This document shows positions 24,614 through 33,242 of a stretch of 38,347 nt of DNA, piece by piece. The stretch lies in IMG/VR virus record IMGVR_UViG_3300045988_153982, positions 1 through 38,347 of that record; one strand, 5' to 3'. The position numbers and the translations under genes were made by a program. Under the pieces are notes generated by a model. That model was not told the DNA's origin. It ran no database searches and was given only the letters and a program-made list of their open reading frames with translations. This DNA is from a virus. How positions within the stretch are numbered: the stretch's first letter is position 1; each line of letters starts with the position of its first letter.

Positions 24614-25811
24614 TTTGGAATTAAATATAATCGGTTGTATTTTTTATAAACCAGAACTTATAAACGAATTATTTATTGATATGAGTTGTTTTAAAAATAG
24701 TTATAATAAGCAAGTTATACTACTATTAAAAAAAGTTTGGGAAAATGAAAAAAAATTGGATATTACAATTTTATTGAACTACATCAAAGATTTTAAAGCC
24801 AGAGATAGATTTATGAACTATTATACAGAAACAATAGACTTAATAATATCTCCAACAAATTTTTATGAATACCAACAAAAATTAATCGACCAACATAAAG
24901 ATGATTTAATCAAAGCAGAAATTAATAAATATGCGAAAAACCAAATTGAAATTGATGAATTGGTTGAAAACATAAATAAAATTTCAAACGAAGTTATGGT
25001 TATAAAACAAAATAATAAAAAAACCCCAGAAGAAATGATTTATATGATTAGAAATCGTGAAAAGATAATACAATTTGATAGATTTAGATTTTTGAATGAA
25101 AGACTAAGAATTAAAAAAAGAACAATAAACGTTATTGGGGCTAGACCAAGTGAAGGAAAGTCAGCACTTGCATTAAATTTGTTTTGTGACTTGGCAAAAA
25201 AATATAAAAGTATTTATTTCAATATGGAAATGACAGAAGAAGAAGTTTACGAAAGAATGCTTGGAATTGAAAGCAATATTCCAATTTCTGATATTAATAA
25301 GCCACAATCAGAATTTCAAGATGAAAAAATAATGGAAGCAGCAAATAGAGTTTATAATTTTAAATATGAAGTTATAAACGGAAGTAAGACAGTGCAATCA
25401 ATTAAAAACAAAATTATTAAAGAACAAAGAGAAGAACATTTAATAGTTTTTATTGACTACACAGGCTATATTGTTGGAAAGCAAGGGCAAAATGATAGAG
25501 AAAGAATTGGTGAGGCAGTAAGAGAACTTAACAACATTACCAAAGATTATGATTGCACAATATTTTTAATTGCACAAATAAATAGAAATGGTAGTGACAC
25601 ACCAACAATGCAAGATTTAAAAGATAGTGGTGAAATAGAGCAAACGGCAGATACAATTATTCTTATACATGATGAAAACAAACAAAATAATGTTGATGTT
25701 AAAGAAATTGGCTTACTAGTTCCAAAATGCCGTGGTGGTAAAAGAAATGTTAGAATACCTGTTGTGTTCGATAAACCAAAACAAAGATTTTATGAAAGTG
25801 AGGGCAAATAA
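24600..25811 (+). CDS. Replicative DnaB-like helicase
   Basis: AAGGAG RBS. RecA-fold motifs GARPSEGKSALALN (Walker A), FIDYTGYI, LIAQINRNG fit the DnaB C-terminal domain. Confidence 0.85.
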   Translation: MRQYDLELNIIGCIFYKPELINELFIDMSCFKNSYNKQVILLLKKVWENEKKLDITILLNYIKDFKARDRFMNYYTETIDLIISPTNFYEYQQKLIDQHKDDLIKAEINKYAKNQIEIDELVENINKISNEVMVIKQNNKKTPEEMIYMIRNREKIIQFDRFRFLNERLRIKKRTINVIGARPSEGKSALALNLFCDLAKKYKSIYFNMEMTEEEVYERMLGIESNIPISDINKPQSEFQDEKIMEAANRVYNFKYEVINGSKTVQSIKNKIIKEQREEHLIVFIDYTGYIVGKQGQNDRERIGEAVRELNNITKDYDCTIFLIAQINRNGSDTPTMQDLKDSGEIEQTADTIILIHDENKQNNVDVKEIGLLVPKCRGGKRNVRIPVVFDKPKQRFYESEGK

Positions 25812-25951
25812 TGTATTACATAAACATTACCGATTTAGAAACAGGTAAAAATTGGAAAGAAGAATTTGATAGTTATTATATTTTTAGAAAAAGGGTAATA
25901 AAGCTAGAACATAGCAAAAAATTATTTGTTACAAGCAGAAGTAATTTATAA
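25811..25951 (+). CDS. Small hypothetical protein (46 aa)
   Basis: ATGA-coupled to the helicase stop. Below the track cut-off. Confidence 0.3.
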   Translation: MYYINITDLETGKNWKEEFDSYYIFRKRVIKLEHSKKLFVTSRSNL

Positions 25952-26050
25952 TATGCCGTAAAACACAAAAATAATGGCGATAGACAAATAAAAATATCAA
26001 AATAGTATAATTATTCGCAAATAATAAAAAACTGCTCTACAGAGCTAAAA

Positions 26051-26383
26051 ATGGTGTTTAAGAAAGGATTTGATAAAACGAAAAAGTTTATGATGAGTGA
26101 AGAAGCATTCAGCGAATTAATTAATAGGTTTGAATATGTAGGAAATTTAACGGAATGTGGAAAAGAAAATATAAAATATCATGTTCAAATATTGCAACAA
26201 AAAAATAAAAAATTAGAACAAGCATTAAGTGAAATTGAAGAATATATAGAAGAGCATAAAGTTAAACATTATAAATTGATTAATATGCCTGATGGAATTG
26301 ATATTATTTTATTAGAAAATGAAATAGATAGCTTATTAGAAATAATACAAAAAGCAAGAGGAGATGTTAAGAATGAAATTTAA
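26051..26383 (+). CDS. Hypothetical coiled-coil protein
   Basis: Start uncertain (alternative ATG at 26090). Confidence 0.4.
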   Translation: MVFKKGFDKTKKFMMSEEAFSELINRFEYVGNLTECGKENIKYHVQILQQKNKKLEQALSEIEEYIEEHKVKHYKLINMPDGIDIILLENEIDSLLEIIQKARGDVKNEI

Positions 26384-26840
26384 AGTAATGGAATATGGGA
26401 AAGAAGGAAGAACAGAACTTTTATGTAAAGATAAATATAAAAATTATAACTATTATGTTTTAAATTTAGGAACACATCCAACAGCATACATTGAAATACC
26501 TAAAGAAAACAAATTATATAGAAAGAGTTATGATGAAATTTATAAAATTGGTTGCGATATAGATGTACATGGTGGTGATTATTGTGGTTATGAAGAAAAT
26601 ATGCCTGAAAGTATTAGGGTTTACGGCAAAAAATGGACTACTGAAGAAATAATAGAAGAATGTAAAAATGCTATTGGCCAAATAATTGACTTTGAAAGTA
26701 AAGAAATCCTTGAAGAGCCAAAGAAGATAGAAAAAATAGATTTTCGAACTTTAAATACTCAAAAAGAAAAGAATAGAGCTATGAAAGACACAATTAATGA
26801 ACTAATAGATGAAATTGACAATTTAAAGGGGAACAAATGA
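26373..26840 (+). CDS. Hypothetical protein (start trimmed)
   Basis: ORF-track 26364..26840. AGAGGAG precedes the ATG cluster. Confidence 0.4.
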   Translation: MKFKVMEYGKEGRTELLCKDKYKNYNYYVLNLGTHPTAYIEIPKENKLYRKSYDEIYKIGCDIDVHGGDYCGYEENMPESIRVYGKKWTTEEIIEECKNAIGQIIDFESKEILEEPKKIEKIDFRTLNTQKEKNRAMKDTINELIDEIDNLKGNK

Positions 26841-27070
26841 AACAACAAATAAATAATAATAGTGGTATTGATAATGCAAAGTTTAAATTTTCTTATTTAG
26901 GAAAATATATTGAAACTAATTTAGGAAATAAAGGAATTATTGTTGAAGAATATTTGTGTTATCCTGAACCTTGCGAATGGGTATTAGATAATGGCTATAT
27001 TTTAAATGAAACATTGATGTACGAAGGAAATGAAAAATTTGTTGTAATTAAAAATTTAAAGGAGAAGTAG
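26837..27070 (+). CDS. Hypothetical protein (77 aa)
   Basis: ATGA-coupled. Confidence 0.35.
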   Translation: MKQQINNNSGIDNAKFKFSYLGKYIETNLGNKGIIVEEYLCYPEPCEWVLDNGYILNETLMYEGNEKFVVIKNLKEK

Positions 27071-27071
27071 T

Positions 27072-27479
27072 ATGAAATATTATTATGAATATAAAGAAAA
27101 AAATGGTTGTAAAGTTGGTGGAATAATGAATAGAGAAATAAAATTTAGAGGAAAAACTTATAATGGAAAATGGATATATGGATATTGTTATAAAGTTAAA
27201 AGTCTATTTGACCAACAATTTAATTGGTTTATAAGAAACGATTATCAAACTGATGATATGATTATTCCTGAAACACTAGGACAATACACAGGTTTAAAGG
27301 ATAAAAATGGTGTAGAGATTTATGAAGGTGATTTGATTTTAATTGGAGAAAAAAGAAGAAAAGTAGAAGTTATATTTAAAGATGGAAATTTTGGATATTT
27401 ATATAATGGTGTTTGTGTACCATTTCAAAATCAAAATCCAGAAGTAATAGAAAATGTGTGGGATAAAAATGATTGTTAA
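27072..27479 (+). CDS. YopX-family protein
   Basis: NREIKFRGK...YTGLKDKNGVEIYEGDLI...IENVWDKND match YopX hallmarks. The true start may be the internal ATG at about 27126. Confidence 0.7.
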   Translation: MKYYYEYKEKNGCKVGGIMNREIKFRGKTYNGKWIYGYCYKVKSLFDQQFNWFIRNDYQTDDMIIPETLGQYTGLKDKNGVEIYEGDLILIGEKRRKVEVIFKDGNFGYLYNGVCVPFQNQNPEVIENVWDKNDC

Positions 27480-27960
27480 ATTTCAAAAGAAAATTGAATT
27501 TATAAATGATTGTAACTGTATTGTTGATTACGAAGAACTAGAAAAAGCAATGTTATGGTATCAAGATAAACCAACATCAAGATTAAAACATATTTATATG
27601 TTTGGTAATTATCCAGCAGTTACGATTTTTAAAGAAAAAATACATATTCATAGATTATTAATGATGTATTGGAATGGTATAAGAAAACTAGATAAAAATA
27701 CATATGTTCATCATATAGATGAAAATAAATTAAATGCCTCAAAAGATAATTTAATGTTTATTAATGCCTCATTACATCAAAGCAAACATAATAAAGGTAA
27801 AACAATATCTGACTATCAAAAAGAAAAAATAAGAATGTCTAATCATTTAAGAAAAGGGATTAAAAAACATATAAAAAATAAAAGAACAACTTTACTTAAT
27901 AGGGATGAGTTGGGAGGGTTTGTTAAAACTGAAAATATTTATGAAAATGAGGTTGATTAA
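27469..27960 (+). CDS. HNH endonuclease (HNH_3)
   Basis: YVHHIDENKLNASKDNLMFINASLHQSKHN motif. ORF-track start is 27454. Confidence 0.65.
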   Translation: MIVKFQKKIEFINDCNCIVDYEELEKAMLWYQDKPTSRLKHIYMFGNYPAVTIFKEKIHIHRLLMMYWNGIRKLDKNTYVHHIDENKLNASKDNLMFINASLHQSKHNKGKTISDYQKEKIRMSNHLRKGIKKHIKNKRTTLLNRDELGGFVKTENIYENEVD

Positions 27961-28225
27961 ATGAAATTTAAAATGAATGATAGAGAATGGTATATTGAAG
28001 AAGTAGATGTAAAAACTATAAGAGAAGATTATTTTAAGGGAGTAGATTAAATGAAATGGGCAGCAAAACGTTTTAACAAACATTTATTAATATATAATTT
28101 CTGTTATTTTAAAGATTATTCAATTGGAATATTAGTAGGTAAGACTGATTTAGGTTTTACAATTCAATTTGATTTAATCTTAGTAGGAATAACAATAATA
28201 ATTTAAAATAAAAGGAGTTGATTAA

Positions 28226-28783
28226 ATGATTTTATTAGAAGATACAAGAAATCAAATAAACAAGCATAAAAATGTCCATAAATATTGCAAAGAAAATGAC
28301 ATTGAAATCATCAGAAACAAATTAATAGTAGGCGATTATATGTCGCCTAATGTTAGCCATATTTCAATAGACACAAAATTTGGGCTTCAGGAAATTATGA
28401 AAAACATTACAGAAAAAAGGTTTAGGAACGAATTATTATTAAGTAAAAAGTTAGGAATAAAACTTATTGTTCTTATAGAAAATTCTTCTGATATTAATTC
28501 TATTGATGAAATACCTTTGAAATGGAAAAATCAAAGGCTTGAGTTTTACAAATTTCAATTAAAAAAGCAATTAGGACTTTTTGGGGAATTTAACGAGTGG
28601 CATTTATACCGTGAGGCAAAAGACAAAGGCTTAAAACCGCGAAAACCCCCAATAAGCCCTGAGCAACTTAGAAAAGCATTACACACCATTGAAGATAACA
28701 AAGAAGATTATGATGTATCTTTTAAATTCTGTTCTAAAACCGAAACAGGGCAAAAGATACTTGAAATTTTATCTCAAAAATGA
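28226..28783 (+). CDS. Hypothetical protein, possible PD-(D/E)xK/ERCC4-like nuclease fold
   Basis: LIVGDY...ISIDTK loosely resembles GDY...ERK nuclease motifs. Weak evidence. AAGGAG RBS. Confidence 0.4.
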   Translation: MILLEDTRNQINKHKNVHKYCKENDIEIIRNKLIVGDYMSPNVSHISIDTKFGLQEIMKNITEKRFRNELLLSKKLGIKLIVLIENSSDINSIDEIPLKWKNQRLEFYKFQLKKQLGLFGEFNEWHLYREAKDKGLKPRKPPISPEQLRKALHTIEDNKEDYDVSFKFCSKTETGQKILEILSQK

Positions 28784-28789
28784 TATAAT
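28761..28789 (+). promoter_or_regulatory. Promoter TTGAAA-N17-TGaTATAAT (TGA stop of the upstream gene embedded)
   Basis: ttgaaa at 28761..28766, tgatataat at 28781..28789. Confidence 0.5.
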
Positions 28790-28806
28790 CTAACTAGGTG
28801 GTAGCT

Positions 28807-28950
28807 ATGGGTTGGCTTGAAACATTTTTAAATATTTTATTATCAATAGGAGCGTTATTAATCGGTGGGTTAATATGCTCCTTTTTAGTTATTTTATCAG
28901 CACACAAAGATGAAATTTGGGAGGCAATATATGAAATGTTTGACAAATGA
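28807..28950 (+). CDS. Small membrane protein (47 aa, one TM)
   Basis: GGTGG RBS. Hydrophobic LLSIGALLIGGLICSFLVIL segment. Overlaps the start of the next gene in another frame. Confidence 0.3.
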   Translation: MGWLETFLNILLSIGALLIGGLICSFLVILSAHKDEIWEAIYEMFDK

Positions 28951-29365
28951 AATGATACATGATTTTAGAATAATAAAATTGGGATATGATTTTATGGGAT
29001 ATGCAGTAAAAAGAAAAAACGAACTATCTTATCATCATTTAATTATACCAAAAAGAGAGTGCAAAGAGCAAGGCTTAGGTCAAGGCTTGTATTATTGGAA
29101 CGGGGCTATATTAGTTCAAAAAACATCACATGATTATTTGCACAACATCGAACGGGCAGACCCTGAGATATTTTATTTAATTACTTCTGAAATGATAGAT
29201 GAGAATTTAAAAGGTTATTTGGACACGCAAAATTTGTTAGCAATTGATGACTTACTCACATATTTTGAACGTGAGCATTGTTCTGACCGAACAAACAAAG
29301 GCGTGCCTATAATAAAAGAACAATATACGAGGAGGCTAGTAAGAAATGGAAAATTTGGAAGATGA
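28931..29365 (+). CDS. HNH endonuclease adjacent to the terminase (HK97 gp74-like arrangement)
   Basis: SYHHLIIPKRE...WNGAILVQKTSHDYLHN fits an HNH core. GGGAGG RBS. Confidence 0.55.
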   Translation: MKCLTNEMIHDFRIIKLGYDFMGYAVKRKNELSYHHLIIPKRECKEQGLGQGLYYWNGAILVQKTSHDYLHNIERADPEIFYLITSEMIDENLKGYLDTQNLLAIDDLLTYFEREHCSDRTNKGVPIIKEQYTRRLVRNGKFGR

Positions 29366-29606
29366 AATAATGCATTTGTGCGAATACTACGATTTTATAA
29401 AAACCGACATGTGTTTTTATACTTTCAAAGATTTTGTAGGCAACGCAGAATACATAAAAAGCATATTTGACACATCGACAAAATATGAAAAACAATTGTA
29501 TAAACTTTATGTATATGCAAACACACACATGAATTTGCCACGCAAAAATCTAATATGGGATTATCTCAACGGTTACAAGAATTTTGCAAATTTATTATAT
29601 TTGTGA
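29346..29606 (+). CDS. Hypothetical protein (86 aa) upstream of terminase
   Basis: ORF. Function unknown. Confidence 0.4.
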   Translation: MENLEDEIMHLCEYYDFIKTDMCFYTFKDFVGNAEYIKSIFDTSTKYEKQLYKLYVYANTHMNLPRKNLIWDYLNGYKNFANLLYL

Positions 29607-29612
29607 TATAAT
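29584..29612 (+). promoter_or_regulatory. Promoter TTGCAA-N17-TGaTATAAT (same class as 1973..2001)
   Basis: ttgcaa at 29584..29589, spacer ending tgtga, tataat at 29607..29612. The TGA stop of the upstream ORF is embedded. Confidence 0.5.
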
Positions 29613-29641
29613 TTTGTAGAAATTTAAAGCGAGGTGGTGAT

Positions 29642-31198
29642 GTGGCTAACATAGACAATCTAGTGTCTTTAGCAGATAGAACACAACAAGAACGCAACGA
29701 AATAGCCAGAAAGGGTGCAATTGCTAGTAATAAAGTACAAAAAGAGAAGAAAACAATGCGAAAAGAGTTAGAACTTTTATTAGAAGCCGAAGCAAAAAAT
29801 GGCAAGACCTATCAAGAGAACATAACACTTGCACTAATGGGTAAGGCAATAAAAGGCGACACAAAAGCTTATGAAATTATCAGGGATACAGCAGGACAAA
29901 ACCCCGATAAGATTAAAGATGAAGTTGAAAAAGTAGAACAGATAATTCAAATACCAGCAAAAGACATCGCAAAGTGTTTTGTTGATATAAACAGAAGTAT
30001 AGACGATAGAGAATATAGAGAATATTTTTTAGAGGGCGGCCGTGGTAGCACAAAGTCATCTTTCATAAGTGAAAAGGTAATAGAGTTATTAGAAAACAAC
30101 CCTAAAATGTGTTGTGTTGTATTAAGAAAAGTAAAAGACACTTTAAAAGATAGTGTGTTTGCACAATTAGAGTGGGCTATTGATACTTTGGCTGAAACAT
30201 ATCCAACTATAAAGAAAGATTATAAATTAACTAAAATCCCTATGGAAATAACAAAACTAAGCACAGGGCAAAAGATATTCTTTAGAGGTGCTGATGATTA
30301 TGGTAAAATTAAGTCATTAAAAACGCCAAAGGATATGTATGTAGGTATAACTTGGTATGAAGAGTTCGACCAGTTTGCTGGTATGTTAGAAGTTCGTAAA
30401 ATAAATCAGTCATTAATTCGTGGTGGCGATGATTATATACAATTTTATTCATACAATACACCACCTAGCAAACAACACTTTGTCAACATTGAAAAGAGAA
30501 TACCTAAGCCATCAAGGCTTGTTAATTTAAGTGATTATAGAGATGTTCCTAAAAAGTGGCTAGGGCAAGCATTTATTGATGAAGCTGAGTTCTTAAAAGA
30601 AATAAATGAAAAAGCATATGAAAATGAATATTTAGGAATAGAAACAGGAATTGGCGGAAATGTATTTGAAAACCTTGAAATAAGAGAAATAACTAACGAA
30701 GAGATAGAAACATATGATTATATTTATATGGGGCTTGACTTCGGATGGTACCCAGACCCTTTGGCTTGGACTAAAATGTGTTATAATCCAGCACAAGGAG
30801 CATTATATATCTTTGATGAGTTTTTAGTAAACAAAATGAGTAATGCTGATGTTTGGGATTATTTAGTTGAGAACAAAGGCGTTACTACTGATGACATGAT
30901 AATTGCAGATAGCGCTGAGCCAAAGTCAATAGGCGATTTTAAAAGTTATGGTGCATTAATAAAAGGTGCTGAAAAAGGACCTGAAAGTGTCAAGTATTCT
31001 ATGAAGTGGTTATCTAGTTTAGCAAAGATAGTTATAGACCCTGTGAGATGCCCTAAAACAATGCAAGAATTTAGCAATTATGAATATGAACAAGACAAAG
31101 ATGGTAATTGGATAAGTGGTTATCCAGATGAAAACAACCATACAATAGATAGTGTAAGATATGCTCTTAACAAGATTTGGAAAAAGAAAGGAGAATAA
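29642..31198 (+). CDS. Terminase large subunit (PBSX/XtmB-like) with about 125-aa N-terminal extension, GTG start
   Basis: FLEGGRGSTKSS Walker A. C-terminal nuclease region with IADSAEP and YPDENNHTIDSVRY. GAGGTGG RBS 4 nt before GTG. Confidence 0.85.
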   Translation: MANIDNLVSLADRTQQERNEIARKGAIASNKVQKEKKTMRKELELLLEAEAKNGKTYQENITLALMGKAIKGDTKAYEIIRDTAGQNPDKIKDEVEKVEQIIQIPAKDIAKCFVDINRSIDDREYREYFLEGGRGSTKSSFISEKVIELLENNPKMCCVVLRKVKDTLKDSVFAQLEWAIDTLAETYPTIKKDYKLTKIPMEITKLSTGQKIFFRGADDYGKIKSLKTPKDMYVGITWYEEFDQFAGMLEVRKINQSLIRGGDDYIQFYSYNTPPSKQHFVNIEKRIPKPSRLVNLSDYRDVPKKWLGQAFIDEAEFLKEINEKAYENEYLGIETGIGGNVFENLEIREITNEEIETYDYIYMGLDFGWYPDPLAWTKMCYNPAQGALYIFDEFLVNKMSNADVWDYLVENKGVTTDDMIIADSAEPKSIGDFKSYGALIKGAEKGPESVKYSMKWLSSLAKIVIDPVRCPKTMQEFSNYEYEQDKDGNWISGYPDENNHTIDSVRYALNKIWKKKGE

Positions 31199-31200
31199 TT

Positions 31201-31707
31201 ATGGAAATAGTATATAAGAAAGTAAATGATTTAATACCATATGAAAACAACCCTAGAATTAATGATGAAGCAGTTGAATATGTTAAAAATTCAATAAAAG
31301 AATTTGGATTTAAAGTACCTATTGTAATTGATAAAAATAATGTAATTGTAGCAGGGCATACTAGACTAAAAGCAAGTTTAGAATTAGGTTATAAAGAGGT
31401 GCCTTGTATAATTGCTGATGATTTATCAGAAGAACAAGTAAAAGCATTTAGATTAGCAGATAATAAAATTAGTGAAAAATCACAATGGGATTTTAGCAAA
31501 TTAGATGAAGAATTAGATAGCATTTTAGATATTGATATGAGCATGTTTGATTTTATTGAAAATGAAATAGACTGGGATAATGTTGATGATTTAACTGAAG
31601 AAACATACGATAAACCTGAACATAATATGCTAGAATGCCCTAATTGTCATCATATTGATAGAGATATACATTTTAAAAAAGTGAATGGAGTAGAAGATGA
31701 AAATTAA
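31201..31707 (+). CDS. ParB/Srx-fold N-terminal-domain protein (DpdB-like candidate)
   Basis: AAGGAG RBS. ...VPIVIDKNNVIVAGHTRLKASLELGYKEVPCIIAD resembles the ParB box II (GERRxRA) region. Confidence 0.6.
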   Translation: MEIVYKKVNDLIPYENNPRINDEAVEYVKNSIKEFGFKVPIVIDKNNVIVAGHTRLKASLELGYKEVPCIIADDLSEEQVKAFRLADNKISEKSQWDFSKLDEELDSILDIDMSMFDFIENEIDWDNVDDLTEETYDKPEHNMLECPNCHHIDRDIHFKKVNGVEDEN

Positions 31708-31719
31708 AACTTCATTCAA

Positions 31720-32490
31720 ATGAAGATATTTTTAAGTGCAATAGAAAACGCTCAAGCAAGTGGCAAAGGCGGTAAACCTGTGGCGCAAATAATGATTGAA
31801 AAAGGAATAAAATTGCAATATAATTTAATGTCATATTTTTATATAAAAAACAAAACAACATTAGCAGAAATGATAAGAGATAATTCTGAATGTATATTGA
31901 TAGACAGTGGTGCTCATAGTTTTCAAAAAGGAAAGAAAGTAGATTGGGTTGATTATACAAAAAAATATGCGCAATTTATAAAAGAATTTGATAAGCCAAA
32001 TGTTATAGGTTACTTTGAAATGGATGTAGATAATATTATTGGGTATGACAAAGTATTAGAATTAAGAAAAATTCTTGAAAGTGTATCAAGCAAAATTATA
32101 CCAGTATGGCACAAAAATAGAGGGATAGAAGAATTTAAAAAGATGTGCCATGATTATCAAAATAAAGTAATTGCAATAACAGGTTTTAAAAATGAAGATA
32201 TAAAAGATGAGCAATATTTAATGTTTTTAAAGTATGCCAAAAAGTATAATTGCAAAGTGCATTGCTTAGGAATGACAAGAAAAAAAGTATTGGATAAAGT
32301 ACCGTTTGATTATGTGGATAGTAGTAGTTGGGTACAATCAACAGTATTTGGTAGAATAGATGGAAAAGGCAAGGTAACGAAAAATTTTAGTAAAACAAAT
32401 AGAGAAATGGTGTTTATACAAAATTATTTAGAAGCTAAAAAAATGCAAGAATATTACTATCAAAAATGGAAAAAAATATGCAAAGATTAA
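31720..32490 (+). CDS. tRNA-guanine-transglycosylase-like protein (DpdA-family candidate, 7-deazaguanine DNA transglycosylase)
   Basis: ILIDSGAHSFQKG parallels TGT [IL]LTDSGG[YF]Q. HCLGMTRKKVLDKVPFDYVDSSSW parallels TGT LMGVG.P...MFDCV.PTR / archaeal FDSAxY. No Zn-binding C-terminal domain. Weak RBS, and the start codon lies in a cttcat-tcaa-atgaag hairpin. Confidence 0.65.
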   Translation: MKIFLSAIENAQASGKGGKPVAQIMIEKGIKLQYNLMSYFYIKNKTTLAEMIRDNSECILIDSGAHSFQKGKKVDWVDYTKKYAQFIKEFDKPNVIGYFEMDVDNIIGYDKVLELRKILESVSSKIIPVWHKNRGIEEFKKMCHDYQNKVIAITGFKNEDIKDEQYLMFLKYAKKYNCKVHCLGMTRKKVLDKVPFDYVDSSSWVQSTVFGRIDGKGKVTKNFSKTNREMVFIQNYLEAKKMQEYYYQKWKKICKD

Positions 32491-32535
32491 GTAGTTAACC
32501 AAAACCTACTTTAAAAAAATTAAGGAGATGATAAA

Positions 32536-33195
32536 ATGAATATTTTATTAGGGATAATAGGAATAGTTTTATGTTTTGGAATAGAAGTGTTAATTGAAAA
32601 AATATTTAAAAAAGAAGGATTATATGCATGGATAAGTGTGACATTAGTTACAGCAAATATATTAGTTGCTAAAAATATTGATATATTAGGTTTGCAAGCA
32701 ACATTAGGAAACATATTGTTTGCAAGTACATTTTTAGCGACAGACATATTAAGTGAAAAATATGGTACTAAAGAAAGCAAAAAAGCAGTGAATATTGGTA
32801 TTGTATCAGTTATCTTATTCACAGTAGCAACACAGTTTAGTTTATTATTTAAATCAAATGAAATTGACTTAGTAAATGACAGTTTGAAAAATTTATTTTC
32901 TTTAAATTTGAGAATAAGTGTTTCTAGCATATTAATGTGTTATTTAAGTAATATGATAGATATAGTTTTATTTGAGAAAATCAAGAAGAAGATACCTAAC
33001 AAGTTATGGTTAAGAAATAACATAGCGACAATAACAAGCAATTGTTTAGAAAATTATTTATTTACAATATTTGCATTCATAGGTATTTATGATTTAGGAA
33101 CAATATTCTCTATTGCTACAACTACAACAATATTAGAAATTATAATAGCAATATGTGATACACCATTCTTATATTTAAGCAAAAAATTAAAATAA
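32536..33195 (+). CDS. YhhQ/VUT-family (DUF165) queuosine-precursor transporter-like membrane protein
   Basis: AAGGAG RBS. Six predicted TM helices. NILFASTFLATDILSEKYG matches E. coli YhhQ FPFIFLATDLTVRIFG. SNCLENYLFTIFAF matches GNVSDTLAFFFIAF. Confidence 0.7.
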   Translation: MNILLGIIGIVLCFGIEVLIEKIFKKEGLYAWISVTLVTANILVAKNIDILGLQATLGNILFASTFLATDILSEKYGTKESKKAVNIGIVSVILFTVATQFSLLFKSNEIDLVNDSLKNLFSLNLRISVSSILMCYLSNMIDIVLFEKIKKKIPNKLWLRNNIATITSNCLENYLFTIFAFIGIYDLGTIFSIATTTTILEIIIAICDTPFLYLSKKLK

Positions 33196-33242
33196 AAACA
33201 AATTAAAAAATATTATAGATATGAAAAAAGGAGAGTGATAGT

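Noticed and set aside
29642-30010. Separate small-terminase ORF in the first 125 codons of the terminase reading frame
   Set aside because: There is no stop codon between this segment and the Walker A region and no internal SD. I treat it as an N-terminal extension pending experimental start mapping.
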